Positions 39,384 to 52,884 of a stretch of DNA of 64,000 nt are shown here, in pieces. Position 1 is the stretch's first letter. Each line of letters begins with the position of its first letter. The DNA comes from Octopus vulgaris. Taxonomy: Eukaryota. Below the pieces are notes generated by a model. That model had not been told where the DNA came from, did not search any database, and was given only the letters and a program-made list of their open reading frames with translations. The stretch is from NCBI GenBank assembly GCA_951406725.2, contig OX597839.1:22196001-22260000 (forward strand), written 5' to 3'. The translations under genes were made by a program, and so were the position numbers.

Positions 39384-40035
39384 GTTTCAGATCTTGGCGC
39401 AAGCCCAAGGGGTAAGTCGATGACATTGACCCCAGTGCTCGGCAAGGACTTAGTCTATCAACCCCAAAAGGATAAAAGGCAAAGTTGACCTCGGTAGAAT
39501 TTGAACTCAGAATGTAAGAACAGATAAATGCTGCGAAACATTTTGCCTGGCATGCTAACAATTCTTCCATCTCAGCACCTTAATAATAATAATAATCCTT
39601 TCTACTAAAGGTACAAGGCCTGAAATTGTGGGGAAGGGGTCTAGTCAATTACACTGACCCCAGTGTTTCACTGGTACTTAATTTATCGACCCCAAAAGGT
39701 TAAGAGGCAATGTTGATCTGGGCAGATTTTGAACTCGGGATGTAGCGACTGGCAAAGTGCCGCTAAGTATTTCACCTGGTGTGCTAAATGACCCTGCCAG
39801 TTTGCCACCTTCCTTAAAAATGATAATCCTTTATAAGCATAAGGCCTGAAATTTGGGGTCGGGGAACTAGTGAATTTCCTTACCCCAGTGTTTCACTGGT
39901 ACTTAATTTATTGACCCCAAAAGGATTAAAGGCAAATTGACCTTGGTGAAATTTGAACTCAGAAAAACATAAAGACGGATGAAATGCTACAAAGCATTTT
40001 GTCTGGTGTGCTAACAACTCTGCCAGCTTGCTACC

Positions 40036-40037
<2 letters not shown>
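39382..40037 (-). mobile_element. Three diverged SINE family A copies between (TAA)n tracts
   Basis: Repeated AGGCAAAGTTGACCT.GG..GAATTTGAACTC cores. Confidence 0.75.
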
Positions 40038-40075
<38 letters not shown>

Positions 40076-40082
40076 TAATAAC

Positions 40083-40133
<51 letters not shown>

Positions 40134-40137
40134 AATA

Positions 40138-40168
<31 letters not shown>

Positions 40169-40589
40169 TAATAATAGTTACTAAAGGCAAGGTTGGGTGT
40201 GTGGTAAGAAGCTTGCTTCCCAACCACATGGTTCCAGGTTCAGTCCCACTATGTGACACCTTGTGCAAGTGTCTTCTGCTATAGCCTTGGGCTGACCAAA
40301 TCCTTGTGAGTAGATTTGGTAGATGGAAACTGAAAGAAGCCCTGCGTCTGTGTGTGCGTGCACTTGTGTGTATGTGTGTGTGTCCCACCACCACTTGACA
40401 ACCACTGTGGGTATGTTTGTCTCTGTAACTTAGCAGTTTGGCAAAAGAAACTGTTATAACAAGTATCAAGTTTTAAAAAATGTTGGTTGATTTGACTAAA
40501 ATCCTTCAAGGCAGAGCTCCAGCATGGTCACAGTCAAAGGACTGAAATGAGTAAAAGAATATGAGAAATAGAGATAAGGTGATCACGAG

Positions 40590-41335
40590 TGGAATCGGAG
40601 AAAAAGACATTGAAATTCAAAGAGAACATGTTAAAGAGATCAAAGAGAACCTTTTGCATGGTCAGTTTTGGAAAGTCTCTGAGGATGTATATGGAACAAA
40701 CATCTGGCTTGGTAGGCAAAAGGGCAATGGTTATAAGAAACAGGGAGCCCAAGGTGCTTACTAATTGATCCATTATGTCTGTTTGATTCTAGGATTTTGA
40801 TGAAAGTTAAAAGAATAAAATCCCTTAAAAGCTGAGATTGCAAGGATTAGGAATGTGAAATCTGTAAAGGTGGTACTTGGGATAATTGGTTTATTAAGGG
40901 ACTGTGAGTAATGATATAGACAAATGGTTAAAGGAGATTGGAATAGAATGTTCTATAGAACTTCTACAGAAGGTTTGCCTCTTCAGAACAGGAAGGGTCA
41001 TCAGAAGGGTTTCAAGTTCTTGAAGGCTTATTGAAATCGTATGGATATCTAAGGTTACAGGGAGGAACCCCCTACTTGCATAAATTTCTAGCAGGAATAA
41101 AATCAATTCAGAGTTGAGTAAAGATAGACAAATGATTGTCAGAGATTGGAATAGAATGGAATGTCCTGTAGAACTTCTACAGAAAGTCTGCCTCTTAGGG
41201 ACAGGGAAGATTATCAGGAGGGTTTTAAGCACTTGAAAAACTATCGAAAGTTTGTGGACCCATCAGGTTACAGGCAGTGACCTGATGCCCACATAAATTC
41301 TACCAGAAATAAGAACGAACCCAAGTCAAATCGTC

Positions 41336-41384
<49 letters not shown>

Positions 41385-41385
41385 T
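40590..41385 (+). mobile_element. Degenerate Dong/R4-like 3' end, tandemly duplicated, with (TAA)n tail
   Basis: DIDKWLKEIGIECSIELLQKVCLFRTGRVIRRV and a diverged second copy about 205 bp later; (TAA)n at 41337-41385. Confidence 0.6.
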
Positions 41386-41590
41386 AATTTCTAATTGAGG
41401 CGTAAGGGCAGTAGAGGAGGGACGTTTCATCACTATCATTGAATCCATTACTTAACTGGTAATTTATTTTATTGACCCTGCAGTGACAAAAGGCAAACCT
41501 GAATTCAGAATATAATGAATTAGAAGAAATACCGCAAAAAGCATAAAAGAGAAAGTTGGCCTTAGTGAGATTTGAACTCTTGTCCTCTTA

Positions 41591-43392
41591 CAAGGTGATA
41601 TGAAAAAGTTCCAGGATTAGTTATTTTAATGGAAAATGACTTATTTACCTAAGTTATAACATCATCTCCTTTGGAATTGTCACACCTTGCACAGCAATAC
41701 ACCAGTCCCAGCGTTCCCACCACTTTTGGAATCTGGCCTGGAAGTTGCTTTCCAAAAGCGAGTCGAGGTGCTTCTGCGATGTGTTCTGGATCTCGACAAT
41801 AGTGTTAAACCGGCAACCTTTGAGTTGCATTTTCATTTTGGGAAAGAGATGGAAATCTGCAGGTGCTAAATCTGGCGAATAGGGTATGGTGCGGAAGCAA
41901 TACCATGTATTTTGGCGAGAAATTTCCGAGTGAGGAGAGTCCGGTGATAGGGTGCATTGTTGTCATGAAGAATCCAATTCTTCGCGGCCCACAGATCTGG
42001 GGTCACTTTCGTCGAATGTTCTCACCTAAACGCTTCAAAACATCAAAGTAGAACCCTCGATTGACCGTCTGCACAGTACCTCAGATGTCGAAAAAACAAA
42101 CCCCCAAAAATCGAAGAGCATGCTCGTGATTGAGCTGTGACTCTGTTCCTTCTTTGGTCAAGGGGATAAGGGCCTCTTCCATTGCAGTAACTGCGACTTC
42201 CTTTCAGGGTCATACCTATTTCTTTATTACCCACAAGGGGCTAAACACAGAGGGGACAAACAAGGACAGACATAGGTATTAAGTCGATTACATCGACCCC
42301 AGTGCGTAACTGGTACTTAATTTATCGACCCCGAAAGGATGAAAGGCTAAGTCAACCTCGGCGGAATTTGAACTCACAACGTAACGCAGACGAAATACCG
42401 CTAAGCATTTCGCCCGGCGTACTAACGTTTCTGCCAGCTCGCCGCCTTTTTCAGGGTCATACCTATTTCTTTACTACCCACAAGGGGCTAAACACAGAGA
42501 GGACAAACAAGGACAGACAAACGGATTAAGTCGATTACATCGACCCCAGTGCGTAACTGGTACTTAACTTATCGACCCCAAAAGGATGAAAGGCAAAGTT
42601 GACCTCGGCGGAATTTGAACTGAGAACGTAACAGCTGATGAAATACGGCTACGCATTTCTCCCGGCGTGCTAACGTTTCTGCCAGCTCACCGCCTTAAAT
42701 TTCAGGGTCATACCAGTAGACCCAACTCTCGTCACCGGTGATGATCCTCAACTTGAAGAAGGGGTCATCAGCAGCAGCAGAGATCTTGACAAACTTGTAC
42801 ATGATATTCTTTCTATTCAGTGGTCAGCAAGTCGGGGGACAAAACTAGTAGACATGCTGCGTATTCAGGCGTTAGGATTGCCTGCATGGACCTATAAGAC
42901 AGACGAACAACATCAGCAATGTCAACAGTTGTCCTTGGCCGATCCTCGTGTACAAGCTGATGTATTTCCTCCCCATTTCCGGGGCTGACACTCGTGACAT
43001 GTCTTCCATGTCACTCGCTCATCATCTTCCAGGGATATTTTCCCACTTTTAAAGCACCCGTGCCCCTCGAAACATTGCATACGACCCATTGCTTCATCGC
43101 CGTAATCTTGCCAAAGCCTGCTCAATGTCTCTGTAACAGACTTCCCAAGTTTAACACAAAATTTCATGTTGGCTCTTTGTTCCAACTTCCTGTCCATGAC
43201 AAAAATTGCAGACTACAGCAGACACCACATCACAAAATCACAAATTTCACAACTTGTGAAATAAACCCAGCAATGTTACTTGACACACTGCCCCATAGAG
43301 GTCACTGCTAGCTCTCACTGCATACGCAACCATGTGCTGCCATCTGTTGGCACGCTACACAACTAGTCGGGGAACTCTTTGATACCACCTCG
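41591..43392 (-). mobile_element. Degenerate mariner transposon interrupted by two SINEs
   Basis: TA flanks, imperfect TIRs, N-terminus MDRKLEQRANMKFCVKLGKS at 43197, C-terminus MKMQLKGCRF...FQKWWERWDWC. Confidence 0.88.
42214..42697 (-). mobile_element. Two full SINE A copies separated and flanked by the same target sequence
   Basis: TTTCAGGGTCATACC occurs at ~42202, ~42449 and ~42700. Confidence 0.9.
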
Positions 43393-43433
43393 TAAACTTG
43401 ATTGAATGTATTTGTCTTAGCATACTGAGTCAT

Positions 43434-43938
43434 CTTATCACTCTTTGCATGACTTATCACTCTTTGCATGACTTATCACTCTTTGCATGACTTATCACTC
43501 TTTGCATGACTTATCACTCTTTGCATGACTTATCACTCATTGCATGACTTATCACTCTTTGCATGACTTATCACTCATTGCATGACTTATCACTCTTTGC
43601 ATGACTTATCACTCATTGCATGACTTATCACTCATTGCATGACTTATCACTCTTTGCATGACTTATCACTCATTGCATGACTTATCACTCTTTGCATGAC
43701 TTATCACTCTTTGCATGACTTATCACTCATTGCATGACTTATCACTCTTTGCATGACTTATCACTCATTGCATGACTTATCACTCATTGCATGACTTATC
43801 ACTCATTGCATGACTTATCACTCTTTGCATGACTTATCACTCTTTGCATGACTTATCACTCATTGCATGACTTATCACTCTTTGCATGACTTATCACTCA
43901 TTGCATGACTTATCACTCTTTGCATGACTTATCACTCT
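43434..43938. repeat. 19-bp minisatellite, about 26 copies
   Basis: Unit CTTATCACTC(T/A)TTGCATGA. Confidence 0.97.
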
Positions 43939-44268
43939 CACTCAATACAAAAAGCAAACGATAGCCTTAGAGGCCATGTTTACAGTTGTTGTAAACATGG
44001 CTGCCTCTGTTGTGCTGTGCCATGAATAGAATATCTAGTATACTCTGCAAAGTGGTTGGCATTAGGACGGCGTCCAGTTGCAGAAACCGAAAGTGAATTT
44101 CATGAGCAAGATGAGGCATTCTGACCCTTCTAGATGAGAACTGCCTTCCTGAATATGCTCGGACTTAAGCCTTTGTCATTAGTCACACCCATGTCAGCTC
44201 AGAAAGTGGATGCTGAATGAGGATAATAGGGACGACTTACCTGCCTGCCTGCCTGTCTGTCTATCTAA

Positions 44269-44318
<50 letters not shown>

Positions 44319-44334
44319 GTATATTATATATATA

Positions 44335-44540
44335 TATATTAGAAAAAATGAGGTAATCAGATCAGATGGTTCATATTTGTAGATATTTATTTATATATTA
44401 CATTTTTTACATATATATCATATCATTCAGATCATAAAAATGTAATATATAAATAAATATCTACAAATATGAACCATCTGATCTGATTACCTCATTTTTT
44501 CTAATATATAATACCTGTACATCATCTCCAAACCTTCCGA
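44335..44540. mobile_element. Short foldback element in (TA)n
   Basis: About 73-bp inverted arms (~44335-44408 and ~44435-44510) with an asymmetric tail and (TA)n flanks; same architecture as the hammerhead-bearing elements. Confidence 0.55.
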
Positions 44541-44666
44541 TATATATATATATATATATATATATTGTTAATCCAAAAACATGAACAAAGAGAAAACACA
44601 ACAACGTGAGGACGTGGAACAAGTATAGTGTTATTGGACGCTCAGGAAAGGAAAGAAAGAAGGAGG

Positions 44667-44701
44667 ATTTAACGTTTCGAGTGGAGCTCTTCGTCAGAAA
44701 C
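44667..44701 (-). ncRNA. Minimal type-I hammerhead ribozyme motif
   Basis: Minus strand GTTT CTGACGA a GAG-ctcca-CTC GAAA CG TT AAAT, palindromic AACGTT stem III, weak stem I. Confidence 0.62.
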
Positions 44702-44811
44702 ATAGGAAAAAAGGAAAAGTCTAAGGAAGGGAAGACGGAGGATAAAAAATCGCCAACGGTACATACGCGGTCGCGACTTATTGAGGCAAGTGAAATTGAA
44801 ATCGAAATCAA

Positions 44812-45286
44812 ATTCGATGACTGGCATCCATTGCTAGTGGAGCGCTAAGAGTACCATACGAGTGAGATCGTGGCCAGAGCAACAAACTGGCCCCCGTGCA
44901 GATGGCATGTGAAAATACCATTCGAGCGTGATTGTTACTTGCGTCGCCTTACTTGCACTTGTGCTGGTGGCACATGAAAAAACATTCGAGCGAGGTCGTT
45001 GCCAGTGCCGCCGGACTGGCTCCTGTGCAGGTGACACATAAAAAGCACCATTTGAGTGTGGCCATTGCCAGTACCACCTAACTGGCCCTCGTGCCGGTAG
45101 CATGTAAAAGCACCCACTACACTCTCGGAGTGGTTGGCGTTAGGAAGGGCATCCAGCTGTAGAAACTCTGCCAGATCAGATTGGAAGATTGGAGTCTGGT
45201 GCAGCCATCTGGTTCGCCAGACCTCAGTCAAATCGTCCAACCCATGCTAGCATGGAAAGCGGACGTTAAACAATGACGATGATGAT
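44812..45286 (+). mobile_element. RTE 3'-tail element
   Basis: Internal tandem GTGCC.GTGGCAC.TAAAAAGCACCATTCGAG units and the same 3' tail. Confidence 0.7.
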
Positions 45287-45447
45287 AGGCGCAGGAGTGG
45301 CTGTGTGGTAAGTAGCTTGCTTACCAACCACATGGTTCCGGGTTCAGTCCTACTGCATGACACCATGGGCAAATGTCTTCTACTATAGCCATGGGCTGAC
45401 CAAAGCTTTGTGAGTGGATTTCGTAGACGGAAACTGAAAGAAGCCCG

Positions 45448-45502
<55 letters not shown>

Positions 45503-45858
45503 TCGTCCCAAAATCACATGACAAGCGATTCGGCAAAAGAGACCGATAGAATAAGTTCTAGGCTTACAAAGAATAAGTCCTGGAGTTGATATTTGCTCGA
45601 CTAAAGGTGGTGCTCCAGCATGACCGCAGTCAAATGACTGAAAAAATACAAGAATAAAATACATCCAGGAGAAGATAAGCAATGATTTGGCCACCCCTGC
45701 TCACCTAGCATAAGGTGGGTGTTAAGGTTGAGGGTCGAAACTCCTGATGGCATCTGGTCCCCCTCGGCAAAGCTCCGTCCACTTTGGGCAATGCAAAAGA
45801 AACAGCAGCGATAAAACATGCAAACACACACACACACACTCACACACAAACTCACAAA

Positions 45859-45962
<104 letters not shown>

Positions 45963-45999
45963 AACACACACACACAAACACACACAAACACACACACAT

Positions 46000-46030
<31 letters not shown>

Positions 46031-46317
46031 CTCACACATATGTTTAAGCTCAACCAAGATAACAGAATGTCTGTCTATATCTAAATCTATATATCTATGT
46101 ATCAATAATAAATCTCAATATATATCCGAAGGGAGAGATAAGCAGCTCAAAACAAACAAAATGTCTACTTCCGTGTCAACGACAATTTGGGAACGAGTCG
46201 AGGCACGAAGAAGACTTTACGGAATATTTTCAAAGTCAATCATGGTTATTCTTCGCTTAGATTAGTGCCTGACAGAATTGGTAGAGCGTCAGACAACAGA
46301 CTTTGTGCTTAGGTTAG

Positions 46318-46493
46318 CTGGCAATCTTTCGTCTCTAGTAGACCTTTCCGTCGATTTCCGTAAAAAATTTTTTTTTTTTACATATGGGCTTGCGGGAACT
46401 TTTGAAGTAATGACAGGCGAAAGAGACTAAGAGAAAGCGATTGTATGACGAGGGAAGTTCTTTTGAAGTTACCGTGCATGGCAAGCATTGATG

Positions 46494-46524
<31 letters not shown>

Positions 46525-46757
46525 TTGATGGGGTGTGGGAGACAGACAGTATGTTGTGTAAGCGAAGTGCTTCTGTTAATGTGTGTGAAGAGACAGAGTA
46601 ATGTGTGAAAGAAAGAGATAACTGAAATTTTTTACTCGGTGTATGTGTATATGTATGTATATTACTTCAAAAGAACCCGCAAGCCCATATGTAAAAAAAA
46701 ATAATTTTTTTTTACGGAAATCGACGGAAAGGTCTACTAGAGACGAAAGATCGCCGG
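46318..46757. mobile_element. MITE with about 95-bp TIRs and TTAG target duplication
   Basis: TIR C(C/T)GGC(G/A)ATCTTTCGTCTCTAGTAGACCTTTCCGTCG...; TTAG at 46314-46317 and 46758-46761. Confidence 0.85.
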
Positions 46758-46932
46758 TTAGCTTTTATCTTTTATTCTTTCGTCTCAGTGTCGATAGACA
46801 TTTGTAACAACCATACGCCCCCCCTCCACCACACACACACACGTTTATGTATCGTGATAGAATATCAACACACCTTAAAATACATATTCTGTTTCATTTA
46901 TTTTCAATGAAATATTTTGTAATAACATCTAT

Positions 46933-47080
46933 GACAATCCTTCGGTATTGGTTTCCAGAGTGTCAACATTCAGAGATCATGTAATTGACCCTTTATTTCT
47001 GCCTGGCCTCTTTGTCTATGTCATGAGAGAAGAAGGTTGTGTGGGGGAATGATGTCGTCTACCAATACCGAAGAATTGCC
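46933..47080. mobile_element. Short MITE (second copy ~48527-48646)
   Basis: TIR CAAT(C/T)CTTCGGTATTGGT / ACCAATACCGAAG(G/A)ATTG and shared internal sequence. Confidence 0.65.
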
Positions 47081-47599
47081 AAAGTATTATTTTTTTTTAT
47101 ATATAACTTCGATCTCTCAGGTTTCGGCCAGCAAAGGCCCAGGCCATGTCTGACTTAAAAGCACCACCCGATGGAGTCTTTTAGATCGTGATTCACACCT
47201 CAGTCATGTACGGGACATCATGGCCCACTCGAGCAAAGAGTTTTTATTTTTGGAGACACATCCGGATGTAGGTGGGTTGGTCCGGAATTTTTTGGAGGAA
47301 TTTGTCCAGAGAACTTGTGAAATTTATGGGATCTGTTTCCGTTTTAATGTATTTCAGTATAATATTAAAGAGAGTTGGACCGGTTGAGGTAAAGTTATCG
47401 AGTCATAAGGATATGTGTCTTCAGTTCGATTTTTGTCGTGGGCGGATAGCACGGGAGGCCAAGTCTTGGGTGGATTTTAAAATTGATACCAGCATCATTT
47501 GTGCAATATTGATGGAATATTTTCCATATCAAACAGATGATATAGCGCTCATGGTGACGTTGGAGAGAGTAGAGATTCAGTTTTTTTTGTTGTTAATGC

Positions 47600-48490
47600 T
47601 GTCTATCCTTCTTGTTATTGACTTCTGGAGTACTTCCACTTTTATAATGCTTTGTTTCGTGTGGGGAGATCATAAGGGGCAACAGTATTCAAGGTGGGGT
47701 CGGGCAAAAGTGGAGTAGAGAAGGATGATGGTGTGAGCATCTAGACCAGAAAGGTCTCGGGATCCAGGAGCACATCTTACGGACAAAGTCAACCTTGCTG
47801 TTTATGTGGGAACTCCAAAGTCTCTGTTGTTGTTGGATGACACTAGGGGGGGGGGAGTCGCCTGAGGGAAGAGCATATGGTAGTTTCAGAGTATCCTCTT
47901 TTCCAAAGTGGATCAAATTAAATTTATCTTCATTTAGAAGCATATTGTTCTTTTCTGCCCATTGGACAACAACAAATAGATCCGACTGAAATATGTTCGG
48001 TCTCCTATACTGTTTACAGCCTTCTGGAGCTTGGAATCTTCTGCAAAGATTTTCAATTTTCAATGTTTGATGACGTCTACAATGTCATTGATGTAGATAA
48101 TGAAGAGGAGTGGGCCCAACACAGTACCTTGTTGGACACCACCACTGATTTTGGCTGAGCTTAATCCGATTCCCTCAACCACAACATGCTGGGTTCCGTT
48201 CGTCAGGAAACACTTTATCCACTACAGCAGCTTTCCATAGACTCCAATTTTGGACAGTTTCTTCAACAGAATTTTACCGTCCACTCTGTCGCCAGTGTTT
48301 GAGCCTTCTCCCAAAGCTTTTAGAATGGTGTAGAAGCTGCGATAGGCAGTCCCTGCCATCACAGAAACCTTGCCCGGTTGCAGTTCAGTAGATTGTTGTT
48401 TTCGAGGAAGTGGGTTGTTCGCGATCTCGCCACCCTTTCGATACGAGAGGTGAGTGAAATCGGACGGCAGTTCGCTTTGGTAAATATGCT
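47600..48490 (-). mobile_element. Degenerate CR1-type reverse transcriptase fragment
   Basis: RPISLTS, SGVQQGTVLGPLLFIIYINDI, IFAEDSK and QWAEKNNMLLNEDKF motifs with frameshifts. Confidence 0.85.
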
Positions 48491-49284
48491 AAGTTCTTCC
48501 TTTTCTTTACCTAGAAACCCTTATTGGGAATTTCTTCGGTATTGGTCTCCAGAGTGTCGGTGTGAGGAGACGAAGTCCTTCACTTTTATTTCAGCCTAAC
48601 CTCTTTATCTATGTCACGAGGAGAGATACCAATACCGAAGGATTGCAACATATATCATTAGCTATCAAAATTCCGCCAAGTATGGGCGTGTGTACTTGTG
48701 CACGAGCGTGTGTATACATTCATACATACGTTCATACATACATATACATACATACCCCTACACACTGACAATGGAGTATCACCGACCAGATTCTAGGCTC
48801 TTCAAATTCCACCCTTAATTGTCCGAGTATCGTCATAAACCACAGTTCCCAGCCCATTCAGGATATCGTCTCCTCACCCCCTGCAACATCATTAGTCCCC
48901 CCAGCCCCCCTCCAACCTCGCCAACCCCCATTAGTCATCACAGCTAATAACAAAGTTCTTTCATCGAACCCGTGGCGGGGCTTCAACGTAGTCCATCTAC
49001 GTAGTTAAAAATAACTCAAATCTCTTTCAAATTAAGGACACATTGGACATACTGACAAGAAAAACAAGAGTGTCACGGCTGTAACGTCCTTGTTTATAGG
49101 TCTGTTCAATCAGAGTAAAACCCGGCGCCAAGAAACACTTCTTCAGTGTTTAAATAAAACCTACGACCGCTTCTCCTTTTTACTAATAACCTTTCACACC
49201 AACTTCTTAATCAAGTAATCTCCCCTGTCGCTTAACAATAGTAGTCTCCCCTTACTTCACTCAAAATTTGTTTTAAATATCGCT

Positions 49285-49681
49285 TTCAAATTTTTTGACA
49301 CGAGGCCAGCAATTTCGTGGGGAGGAGGTAATTCGTTTACATCGACCCCAGTGCGTGACTGGTACTTAATTTATCGATCCCGAAGGGATAAAAAGTAAAG
49401 TCGACCTCGGCGGGATTTGAACTCAGAAGATTAAGACGGACGAAATACCTATTTTTTTTACTACCCACAAGGGGCTAAACACAGAGAGGACAAACAAGGA
49501 CAGACATAGGTATTAAGTCGATTACATCGACCCCAGTGCGTAACTGGTACTTAATTTATCGACCTTGAAAGGATGAAAGGCAAAGTCGACCTTGGTGGAA
49601 TTTGAACTCAGAACGTAACAGCAGACGAAATACGGCTACGCATTTCACCCGGCGTGCTAACGTTTCTGCCAGCTTGCCGCC

Positions 49682-49683
<2 letters not shown>
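49285..49683 (-). mobile_element. SINE family A nested dimer
   Basis: Same junction. Further old copies at ~49935-50090 and ~50553-50750. Confidence 0.82.
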
Positions 49684-49748
<65 letters not shown>

Positions 49749-49768
49749 TAATAATAATAATAATAATG

Positions 49769-49820
<52 letters not shown>

Positions 49821-49843
49821 TAATAATAATAATAATGATAAAG

Positions 49844-49893
<50 letters not shown>

Positions 49894-49933
49894 AATGATA
49901 ATAATAATAATAACAATAATAATAATAATAATA
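49683..49933. repeat. (TAA)n microsatellite
   Basis: Read directly. Confidence 0.97.
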
Positions 49934-50103
49934 TCTACTAAAGGCACAAGGCCTGAACTTTTTAGGGAGTTGAATAGTCAATCACATCAACTGGTTATTT
50001 TTTTATTGTCCCTGAAAGGATGGAAAGCAAAGTGGACCTCGGCGGAATTTGAACTTAGAACGGACGAAAAACTGCTAAGCATTTCGACCAGCGCGCATGC
50101 GTA

Positions 50104-50161
<58 letters not shown>

Positions 50162-51543
50162 CTATCAGAAAGGAACTCTATCTCTCTTAAAAAAATATCT
50201 TTTGATAAGCATAACAAATGCGCAACCGGTAAAAAGAACTTTCACCTAATTAAATACACTCTCCCTTACTTAAATTATTTTGTCAGCATTTTCTTCATTT
50301 CCTTTTTTTTATATATCACAACTCGTGTTCCACATCTCCTTTTTTAAATATATATATATATATATATATGTATATGTATATATCTTTTAAAAAAGTAAGA
50401 TACATTGTTATATGGATGGGGATACCACATAGAGAAGATGGCCCAGACAAAGAGAAGGGACACAGAGAAGAAGGGGAAATCATTGAAGAGGTCTCAGAAT
50501 GTGTGACGAAAGAAAGCTGACAAATAAACAATCACCACTACTAATAATAATAACCCTTTCTTCTAAAGGGGGGGGTTAAGTTGAATACATCGATCCCAGC
50601 GGTTCAACTGGTACTTGTTTTATCGATCCCGAAAAGATGAAAGGCAAAGTTGACCTCGGCGGAATTTGAACTCAGAATGTAAGGACGGACGAAATGTCGC
50701 CGCTAAGAATTTCGCCCAGCGTGCTAACGATTCTGCCAGATCGACACCTTCGATAAACTAATAATAATAAAAGCTAAACTGAAGATCAAATAAATAGTGC
50801 GTGTGTTTATTGGCAAAATGACCGTCCCCACCAAATATAACAATACATTTTAATTTTTATTTAAAGGACTTTTTATCTTGCGGAGCCGCAGAATTTTCTT
50901 TCACGAAATCTCGGCCTTCCTCAAAACCCATTTTATGATATACACTGAAGTTCCTCACTATGTAGAGAATAAGTTACGTGACATCCTTGATTCAATATGA
51001 TTGGCTAAATATAGACCCCAGTTCTACCATGAGGATGGTGGAGGGGAGCGGGTGGGATAGAAGATAGTGTAACTATTTGGAACTGTGGAAGCAGGACCTT
51101 TAAGAAAACAGCGTTTTCATTCCATTCCATTTCTCCTTTTATAGTCTTTCATAATGACTTTGGTTAAATACATCTCCGGCAACTTTGAGCCGGTTTCACT
51201 GCTTGAAAGCATAACCAAATCACTGTCTTCAGCCTTAGATAAGGAAATTACATATGAAATATTATCACTCGCGATATTCTCTCATGACATAGAGGTTAGG
51301 CTGAAAAAGGACGAACGACGCGGTCTGCTAATACCGAAGGATTGCCTTAAAAAGATAATCGTCGAAACACACGTACAAAGTCGGAATTGTCACGGTTGAA
51401 ATGTTTCCATACACATAGACCCATTTGCTCTACGTTGACCGGGGGTTAAACAACAATAGCAACAACAACAACAACTACAACAACAACAACAAAACAGCAA
51501 TAATGTTTATGGAGAAGACGAAAGAAATCCAGAAAAATACATA

Positions 51544-51616
51544 TTTATTGTTTTAATAAATACAAGAAACAATAGAATAGAAATAAAGACAATAACTTTC
51601 CAACTTGGCTTTTATT
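51544..51616 (-). promoter_or_regulatory. Candidate polyadenylation signals of the precursor gene
   Basis: Minus-strand AATAAA at 51611-51616 and 51544-51549, about 190 and 255 nt downstream of the stop codon. Confidence 0.5.
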
Positions 51617-51802
51617 TTTCCGTGAAATTTCTGACAAAAGAAGTCCTACAGATGTTTTGTAAATCGATTTTAAAGTTTCTTGTTAAACGAGGAATGGTTG
51701 TTGGACAGGAGGATGATTAATGAACTTCCTCCGGAAGTGACATCATCATCCGGCTTGTTACCTTGGAAACTAGTTAGATTTAAGGCAGAAGTACGACCTA
51801 GT

Positions 51803-51890
51803 TCATTTGTAGAAGTAGAAAGGTTGTCCCGGATTGTTTGTGTCTTGACGTTTCAGTAATGAAGCTCTCTTGTAAAAACTGTCAGATCGT
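51803..51890 (-). CDS. Neuropeptide/prohormone precursor, terminal coding exon
   Basis: Acceptor atctttttttgcag|, phase 2. Encodes (R)RSDSFY-KR-ASLL-KR-QDTNNPGQPFYFYK*, followed by AATAAA signals in the 3' UTR. Confidence 0.82.
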
Positions 51891-52468
51891 CTGCAAAAAA
51901 AGATGGAAATAAATGTAAACGTCTCGGAAAAATTGTTTTCTGATATGTAACCAACAACTGTTTGTCTTTATCTTATTTCTGTTTTCTAGAATAGGAAAAA
52001 AGATGTAAAGGGCTACATACCCTCTGATCGAATTTGGCATACGACTATAAGTAAAAAGCTAATCGCCATTTTGTTTAGATTTAATGACAACAAATAATTT
52101 TTGTGTGTTTCTTAAATGGCTTACAAACACCTTCCACGCTGCAAATAATTTTTGTTGGTTAAAGAATTCATTAACATTACTTAGCCTGACAGTTTGATCA
52201 GAAGACTGGGAGGAAGTGGTTCGGTTTTTTTAGGCGGCTTTCATTTCTTTTCCCACTTTAATTACATAAGTGAAAAACGTAGAATTGGGTTGTGGAACAT
52301 CTAGTGGAAGCCATCCTTCCCTGTAATAAGCTGCCTTCCAAATTGAGAGAAAGATTAGGATTTCAACTATGAATAAATAGACTAAACCAGTTGCAGAATA
52401 CATTTACTTCCATCGATATTTGAATGGTTCATTTTATACCTTGCAGACATCTTGCCGAGCAAAGAAAC

Positions 52469-52884
52469 CTATTTCTTTATTACCCACAAGGGGCTAAACA
52501 CAGAGGGGATAAACAAGGACAGACATAGGTATTAAGTCGATTACATCGACCCCAGTGCGTAACTGGTACTTAATTTATCGACCCTGAAAGGATGAAAGGC
52601 AAAGTCGACCTCGGCGGAATTTGAACTCACAACGTAATGCAGACGAAATACCTATTTCTTTATTACCCACAAGGGGCTAAACACAGAGGAGACAAACAAG
52701 GACAGACAGACGGATTAAGTCGATTATATCGACCCCAGTGCGTAACTGGTACTTAATTTATCGACCCCGAAAGGATGAAAGGCAAAGTCGACCTCGGCGG
52801 AATTTGAACTCACAACGTAATGCAGACGAAATACCGCTAAAGCATTTCGCCCGGCGTGCTAACGTTTCAGCCAGCTCGCCGCCT
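52469..52884 (-). mobile_element. SINE family A dimer in the precursor gene intron
   Basis: Outer TSD CAAAGAAACC; internal GGTATTTCGTCTG junction. Confidence 0.88.
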
